From NCBI RefSeq assembly GCF_964204645.1, contig NC_134033.1, positions 8,998,655 to 9,062,654 of the forward strand: a DNA stretch of 64,000 nucleotides. Direction: 5' to 3'. The stretch is from Tubulanus polymorphus (lineage: Eukaryota > Animalia > Nemertea). Position numbers and translations under genes: made by a program. Every line of letters starts with the position of its first letter. Positions within the stretch are counted from its first letter, which is position 1. The notes beneath the pieces were generated by a model that searched no databases, was not told the DNA's origin, and saw nothing but the letters and a program-made list of their open reading frames with translations. This document shows, one piece after another, positions 41,701 to 50,700 of the stretch.

Positions 41701-44700
41701 CTTTTAATCCTGTTCAACAGCAAATGTACAATGTAGGGTAAGTATACTTACCAAAGAGGAACTTATATTCTAACTATCGGATATCGACTTGAACTGATGT
41801 TATTGTGAGACTACTTAGGTGCATGTACAAAACACTGACCCATAACAGACCTGCTAAAATAGATAATTTTTGTTGATTTTAGCCCACTTGCCAGCGGGCT
41901 ATTTATTGCATTCCCTTTTCAACCGTCTGAAGATGGAATGCATTTATTCTGGAATTTTGAAGTTGCTTAAATCAATTGTTTTGATGTTTGGTTTATTTGG
42001 TGATGTTCATCACCTATTCATTTGCATCACAAAATACAGTTGTTGGCGCCACATTACGGTCAGCTAAAGCAATATTTCAACATTACGAAGCTTAGTCTAG
42101 GTAAAGAATTTAGAATTCCATCTCAAAACCAGTGAGTCATTTATTTGGAGAAAAAATTTGTTCTCAGTTTCAATTCTTAACAATTCATAAAACACGCCAG
42201 CCATAAGGATACTTGGTTTCAAGAATCTTATCACATTCTCGGTGGGATACTTGTTTCTAGGAGTTAACACTTATTAGTGAATAAAGTTGAAATTTTTACC
42301 TCGCTATTTTCTGTAATTTTTTCTTAGATATCGGTATTTATCTGATGCTATTGATACAATGGTTGGACAATCAATGCGCCTGCGAAAAACAATGGGTTTA
42401 CCAGATCATGAAGATATTATCACTGAGGAACCAAGTAAGTTATATCAAAAAGAACTTTTTCAAAAATCCATGTTTATGATAATGTTGTGTTGAGTGTTGG
42501 CTGCATATTTATACTGACTATGTTGTACTAATTTAACCTATACTCTTGGCTTAGTTACTCAAAATTGATCATTTTAACATGATCACTGCCATGATCAGTA
42601 TTATTACATGTATTCCCAACAGTTGTAGCAACTCTACTATCGTAGTTGACAGTTGAAGCAATTAAGTATAGAAGTAGTCCGTCAACTATGGTGCGAAATT
42701 TTCAAATGAGTGAAGATAAATGAGAGTTTGAACTAATAATGTCTAATGTACCGGCACCATCATGTGACAAGCAAGGATTTGCCACCAGTTTTGCTATAGT
42801 GGTTATTCAGTTACCACGCTCCAATTTCTTCTACATTTCCAATAAATTTGAATTAACTTTTCTTATAATAGGTAAATCAATTGTCTGTGAAATCTATACT
42901 GTAACACTGAGAGGAAAAGATGGTCTTATATCTATTTGAAAACTCATTTCATAACACTTGCATTCAAGAGCCTAAAAATGCAGTTGCATTAATTTCTACA
43001 TCAGATAACTGAATGTATTGTTGCACCGTCTGGTGTGTGCATTGCCAGAGGAACAGGAACTGTCCTCCCACTGATGTACATGTATGTGAATAGGCTCTGT
43101 CATTTTCACGAAAGTAACTCACCATCGCATTCGTGCTATCAAACGACATGTATACGCATCCTACACAGTGCACAAAACCCTCCTGCTGTATTATTGAAGA
43201 AAATATATTCTTGAATACTTTTGAAAAATCATTCATAATATCTGTGGTTAACTTATTCTCCATACGGTATATGTTTATTAGCTGTTAAGATGTTTAGATG
43301 TTAAGAAAACGCATTACTTTGATGTTACAGCAAATAGATGTGTTGTGTATACTATATCAACTCTCAGGATCATCATTTCATTATACCGTCATATTCGTTA
43401 TACCGCCAAAATTTTGTCTCATGGCTGGCATTATAACGAACTTTGACTGTACGTACATGTAAAGATATTTGTTTAAATGTACTGGTATTTCAATATTAAC
43501 TAACTAACCCATTAAGTACTAACAATTGGTAGTTTGTTTATTTGGTGTAGGCCGTGCAGGATCTGAAAGCCCGGCTGAAAGTGTTCTGTCCCAAGAAAGT
43601 CATTTATCTGGTAAAATACACCATGGACAGTGTTTAGGTTACCTGCTGAGCTGGTCTTTTATTCAATTTTCCTGTTTTGATTAATAGTTACCTTTTAGAT
43701 TTTTAGTACCCTTTAATCCAGATACCAAATTTCTGAGTTTGATTTAACTGGAAAGTTGACATTAGTTTCTAAATGACTGTCCTGAAATGATTGACAATAC
43801 TTTTTTCGGTGCATACACAAAAAAATTTCCAATCTTATACATGATATTCTTAATTCAAAACTAATTGACTGAAAAAACTTCTGAACAAGGTATCATTAAT
43901 TGATTGGCAAATTTTCAATCAGAACCAAACCTTCAATATCTGGATTTAGTATTTTTGTTCCAAGAAAAATTTTTTGACGCCTTATAGAATGCCAAAAACG
44001 ATTGAGCGTCATGTTAAACTAGGCGATGAAGAAATCGATGCATAGAAGGTGTGTGCACCTACTACATGGGTCGATGATTAATATATAAAACTAAAGAGGC
44101 AATTAATGTAGTGCAGTGATTAGAGGCTCCACATTCTCTCATTATTGAGAACTACCCATTAAATCACCTTGATGAAATTTTGGATGATTTCTCTGAACAA
44201 CGCTTCGCTCAATCTATTGCCACATGAATTTGCCCTAAAACATTCTACATTTTTCCAAGGCGTCAAATAATTTATTCAAATTTAATTTCTTTGTTTTAAA
44301 TTTTTGTTGGTTTCTAATGCCTGAATTTTCTCGTAATCATTTCAATGACATAGTTCTTACCTCCTAATGAATTAATGTGAAACATATCCATACGATGTTA
44401 CTAAAGAAATACTCAAAAACAGACTGACAATCAACAAATGAGTAATATGTTGATGAGAATGCCAAAGCTAAATATCACAAAAGCACCCGATCATTTTGGC
44501 TTTTACTAATTTAAAAATATTTTTCACCTATTTTAGAAACATCACAAGGTAAATGCTCATATAGTATTAGCCTACTAGTACTTCAGTAGAAAATCACTAG
44601 TAATTAGATGAGTAAGATGCAGCAGAAATTGTTTATACATATATTTTGACAATTTTATATGCATCTATTTGTAGTTATTTTAAAGAATTAGAAATGCTTA

Positions 44701-47700
44701 AATTGTGGGTTTAATTTCACTCTGGAACAGGTTCAAAGCTGTGGGTTGAACTCTTGGACTCAGATATGCCATTATGATATGGTCTAAAATTAACCTTTCC
44801 ATTAACCTTTCGTAAAGTACCGTACGTAAGTTGTAAGTATTTTGAGAGGCTTTAGGTACTACCCAAATGTGGTTTTCATGTGATGATATGAACAATTGAT
44901 CTGATTTGGTCCATACATACTTCAAATTGATGAAAATAGCAAATCTTTGAAGATAGCAGATCTCTTGTTCTTTTATAAAGCATCATAGATTCATGAAGTC
45001 ATCATTATTTCATATCTGTGTCATGCATACGGAATGTATGACCTCTAAATAATGGGCTTTGTGTGCATACATATTCTCAAATCCCCACATTGTAATGTGA
45101 TAATAACCTCTCTTACTCACCACGCTCCCCACAAAGCTTTTTGTATTATAGTCTGATCCCATTCACGTTTTGCAGCAAGTAAACAACCTGAGCAACCAGC
45201 GAAGAGTAAGTTCCTAAAAATCTGAACACTGACACTTGACTCTCATGAATTGCAGGTATCAATCTGCAGCATCCCCTTCAGACATTTTGTCAATTTGAGG
45301 TCCGGACAATCACATTTTGAGAGGGTGTGCTGTAGTTGTCTGGCATTGTAGACAACTGGTTATATGCCAGAATTTCATTCTGTATTGAAGTCCTTGCGCA
45401 CTTTTTAGAGATCATTTATGACTTAAGCATGGGGCTTAACTCAATTTATTTTTGATTGATTTATCCCCTAGGTAAAAGTAAAAAATGTTCAATGACGCCT
45501 GATGGCATGTTTACTGGGAACAAAAAAAAAGTTTAAAGAATTGGCCGAGTGGATGGGTCCAGACTGCAGATTGATACTTGCAAGAGTACTTCCTGGTGAT
45601 CAATTTTAGAAATCAGGGTCCAGCTTCTCAATGAATGGGTTTCAGGAATCAATTTTGAAATGTGAATTTTCAAGGATTCTTCTTCTCAAAACTTTATGAC
45701 TGTTTTCGTTCATGGAATCAGTGATTTCGACATTCGTTGAATGACATAAAGGGTGAAATGAATTAAATGGAATTTGAAAACTTTCTTTGAGAAATGGACA
45801 ATTTGATTTTTTTTTCTGGAAATCATGAATATGGTTTTCAGGTTCATAGCCAAAGGATTTGTTCATTTGTGCAAACTCCTTAAAAAGATCTGTTCATACA
45901 GTAAAAGATCTGTTCATGCAGTAAAAAATTATCGCCTTTTTGGAACTGCCTTAGAAAATCCTTGGCTATGGATCTACCGGGCTCTTCTTGATAATCTTTC
46001 CTTGGTTATGGCTTGCAATTCTACTTGATCTTTTAAGGGAGTTGCAATGACATCTGATAGGCTAACCATTTAACATTTACCGGTTTAAGCGCGTAAAAAA
46101 AAACTCTGAACTCTGTTTATTTATTTCAACACCGGAAATGCTTATCTTAACTAGTCATTATCACACGCTTGCGTGTGAGGCACACCTGGATATTATTAAC
46201 AGTCTAACAAAAATACTTGCTTTACTTGGGTCTTCACTTTTTACGCTTATGGAAGGGACTTATATATAAGATTCACCAACAAAACTTTCAGTAAAACGTA
46301 TGGAAAAGAAAAAAAATGATAATGATATAATTTATTTACAAGATTAACAATGTTTTTGTGCGTTTTAGCAAAAAATGCATAGACCTAATTGCAGTATCTA
46401 ACTTAAGAAGAACCAATACAATTGTGGGTAAAACTGGGAGAGAACGACTGAATGACTACATCGTTTGAGATATACTCTACTTATACTGCTTTCTTTTGGT
46501 TACAAGCTTGATTGTCTCTTGACATAGATGTTAGAATTTTTACAGTGATTGTCTCTTATCATAGATCAGCCAGCTAGGTGATGTGTTAAGTCAGCTGAGA
46601 ATGTCATAAACTGTATTGTGAAATAAATTTGTATTATGAATAATGGCAAAATGGTTTAATTAGCTCACTTGGGACTTGAGTCCCAGTGGACTATTGTGTT
46701 TACTTCATGTACTTTCATTCATTCATCTAAAGGCTGGCTTATATCGACAAGCAACGCGACGCCTACCGACGCAACTGGGTTTATTGCCGATTAGCGGCCT
46801 ACGAGAGGCCGCCAGATGCTGCTCTATCGGTTCGACATAAGCCAGCTTGCAACGGCAACCCGATGCCTACCGACTCTTCGCAAGCCGTATCCGGCTAGTT
46901 GCCCATGTTCTACTCCGGCCTACGGTAGGTGGACAGTTGCTTTCCATTGCAACCGACATAAGCTCATCTGCGATGCGACGGAACAGAGCACAAGGGTTCC
47001 AGCCAATAAGAGACCGCATATACAGAGTACAAATTATGACCGCTAGTTAGCGTCATTCGTAATTAGTCATAAACTTTCAAATTCAAGTATTTCGAAACGT
47101 TAACCAAACTTTCAGCACGGCAGATGACTGGACCGAAAGCGAAATTGGTAGAATTATGGTGTGAGCGGCCATCTTTATATGATGTCGCTAGCACATTGTA
47201 TTCAAAACAGAATCAGAAAGATAAAGATCTTAAAGAAATAGCTTTTCTAATAGAAATATATTTCCCAATAATTCAAAATAAATCAAATTTATTCTCAAAA
47301 TGCTTATCACATGACCATCTGAGCCGTTGCAGTTGCCAGTAATCGTAAACGACATAAGCAGGGAAGCAATTGGGAGGATCTCGTATCCCGATACTCGGCC
47401 TCAGTTGCTGCGAATCAGAGCGCAGTCGACGTAAGCTGGGCTGCGAACGCGGTTGCTCTCAGTTGCGTCGGTAGGCGTCGCGTTGCTTGTCGACATAAGC
47501 CAGCCTTAACAGACAGATCTTCCTGGAGATTCTGAAATCACTTGGATTATATTGATATCTAATTTATGTATCAACCCTATTGCAGCTGTCAAACTGCTGT
47601 TTATCCACCCCGCAGAAAATCGACAGGCTATCGCGATCCTTAAAAAAACTAATCGTCATAACTTCGCCAGAAAAAGCAACAAGGTTTGCCAGGATATCAC

Positions 47701-50700
47701 CTATATGTGGAGGATTTCAGGCACAGACCATAGATAGCCTATCACCAACACCAATATCCAAGACAGACATCGCCACCATTCAGACTATTCAAGTTTGAAA
47801 AGCAACCCTCAGATTATTTTGGGTTGAACAAATTATAAAATTACTGTGAAATGTTCATAAGAGATGGACTTCTAAAACTTGATATTTTATTGTATACAAA
47901 AAGGATGAGGCCTTCATGAAAGGCAAGCTGACATTGAAACATATGTTGTCAATTTGGCCAATAAAGATTTAATCGTTTGGCCTGACTAAGTAATGATATT
48001 GTATTCCGTCCATCGCAATGAAGTTTCCAAACAAAGGCTCTCTTAGCTTTCTCACTTAGACTGAGGTTTATTTTGTTCGCAGTGAGAAGATGATGAAAAT
48101 ATAACTTATTTTTCTTGTATTTATGAGATGTAGGGCAGGTGGTAAAATGCCCAATTTGATACAATTACTAACTTTTCAGTTTTCAGAACTCACCGTAGTT
48201 ATGATGTATATGTATGGTTTGAATCGTGTTAATAACTAAATTCAAAAATATTGACATTTCATGTATTATGAAATTTCAACATCACACTGATGGTCATTTC
48301 AATGGAAATATATTTAATAGACATTCGCCATCCCGCCCTATTTTGCAATTCTAGACATTTGACATCCAAATGACGGACCCTCACGCATGTTATCGACATC
48401 CTTACAAGAACTGATCGTCAGTCAAAAAGGTTGCCAACGATTGTCTGAGGGGGATGGGTACAGACAGCAGATTGACAGCTGCATGTACACATCTGCTGCC
48501 CAAAAAACTTGCCTGCTCAGAATCAAGGCCATTGTTCTTTGCCGGAGTAAGCACTTAGTCATTATATTTGGTAATTGTTAGCATTGTCATAGGATACATC
48601 TTCTTACATGGAATTGAAGTTATCCAGTTTGTTTCCCACCGTAGGAGTTGATTATTGAATTATTTATGATTTGTCTATTCAATGATGCCACCTTTATTAG
48701 TATAGAGCAAAAGAATATGGAGCCAAGTTAGTTACCATATGGCTGAATATTTGTTTTATCTCTGGTTTTATGGTTTGATGGGTACTATTGCTTTCTGTAT
48801 ATGTTTACCAGGGAGCGTTGAACCGCGATCCTGGTGTTGTACCGAGATCCATTACAGGGAAATCATAGTTAATTAATAATCGTTTTAACCAATGATTAAT
48901 CATTTCTGTACACACTTGTAATTACCATTTATATATGGTCACTTGTAAAGTTGACGGTAATCTAATTAGTTAACATAGATTGATAAGGATTGGTTCATTC
49001 TTACAGCTGATAGTAAGAAAGGTGGCAAGAAAGACGTGAAATCTACCACTAAAACGGCCCCTAAAGATGCCAAACCAGCAAAAGGAAAGGAGGTACGTAC
49101 CACTATAAATTGCACATAGTAATTTTACCTACCAAATGTATATTGCTACTATAGATTGCTGATGGTGAATCAGCGTATTTTCCAGTGTACAAGTCGACCC
49201 AGTGTATAAGTCGAGGTCAAATTTTCATTTTGAAAAGTTTTACTAAGGCTATCGTTGGTGTATAAGTTGAATCACTTCTTCATGTGTTTACACTTTGAAA
49301 AATAAATCACTTTGAAAACTGTGCTTCATAGGTTTTATGAAAGCATTTAAGTATTTTATTGAATTTATTTTGCTGTGAAACCATATTGGGGGGACTTTTT
49401 ACATATAGGTGGGAATTTTACCTGTCACCGTTTAGAACGATTTCAAAAGTGTAGCCGGTATATAAGTCAACCTACGTTTTTTTTACATGATTTTCGGTCT
49501 CAAAGACTCAAATTACACACCGGAAAATACAGTATACATTTTTAGCAAAGATTGCTGCTTCCATACGAAATCCCCTGATAACCGCGCGATGTGTATTGAA
49601 ATTGTAGACGATTCCAAAAATTTACGTACAGTTAGTCGTCAAGTGTGCCCACTCCAGATCTACTAAAATCGTGCCAGCCACACCCAATATTTTTACATAG
49701 CGAATTTGAATCATTTTTTCATGTAACCATTGGTAGTGTCTGAGCATGTATGCTGTATCTTGTATCCTTCTCTTCAACACTTGTGCACCAGAGTTCATTA
49801 GTTATTTTCCTAGCGATTACCTAGATACAAAATTGTCCAGAGCTTTAATTGTTGTCCCTGGACTTACCCTAAAGATTCAACTTGATTTTGCCAATTGATT
49901 ATGGGAATTGAAAAACAGAGGGCTCCTAATAGATTAGTTACTGTGTTACAGACTTCTGTGAAAGATGCTCAAAAAGGTGCAAAAACACCAACAAAACCAA
50001 CATCACGAGCAGGCACATCTGCCGGACTACGCAATGTCGACCCTGAACGTCCAGGAAGTCAGTCAAGTCATATCGGAAGTCCAATACCTGAGGAAAATCA
50101 ACAAGAAGTCAAATACAGAGAGAAACTTTACTTGCAGGTAAAAATTTGGTTAACTCCTAACATGCCATTAAATCAATTACGCATTGAATACCAGACTGAA
50201 AGACATAAGACAAACCTGCTTACTAAGCTAAAATAGCTATTCCGCGCACATTTTTGTGATTTATTTTTTCATACTGTTCACGCACCACCAGATATATGAC
50301 AAAGCAATTACTTATCTAACGTTACACACTCAAGGGCGGATTTAGGAGGTGGACGAGTCCAAAATTCCAATGTGCCCTCCAAAAGATTTGGAATTTTTTA
50401 AGAAAACTTTTATGATACAAAATATAAATCCAAATGGGCTGTGATAAGGCAGGGATCCTAATCATCTGTCTTTAATCAACGTTGCGGCGAGTCCTGTAAT
50501 ACTAGCATAATACCTGTGCCTAAAATTAATATGGACTGCTCTTCTTGATTTTGACGATCTTTGGGGACAATATGTGTAAGCAGTAGAAAATAATTGCTTT
50601 ACTGACTGTACGATTAGCGTTTAGTTCATAAATATACGTACCGGTACGTATTTTGCGTTCAGAAAATGAAATTATAAAATCTGTAAACTATTCAAAAATG

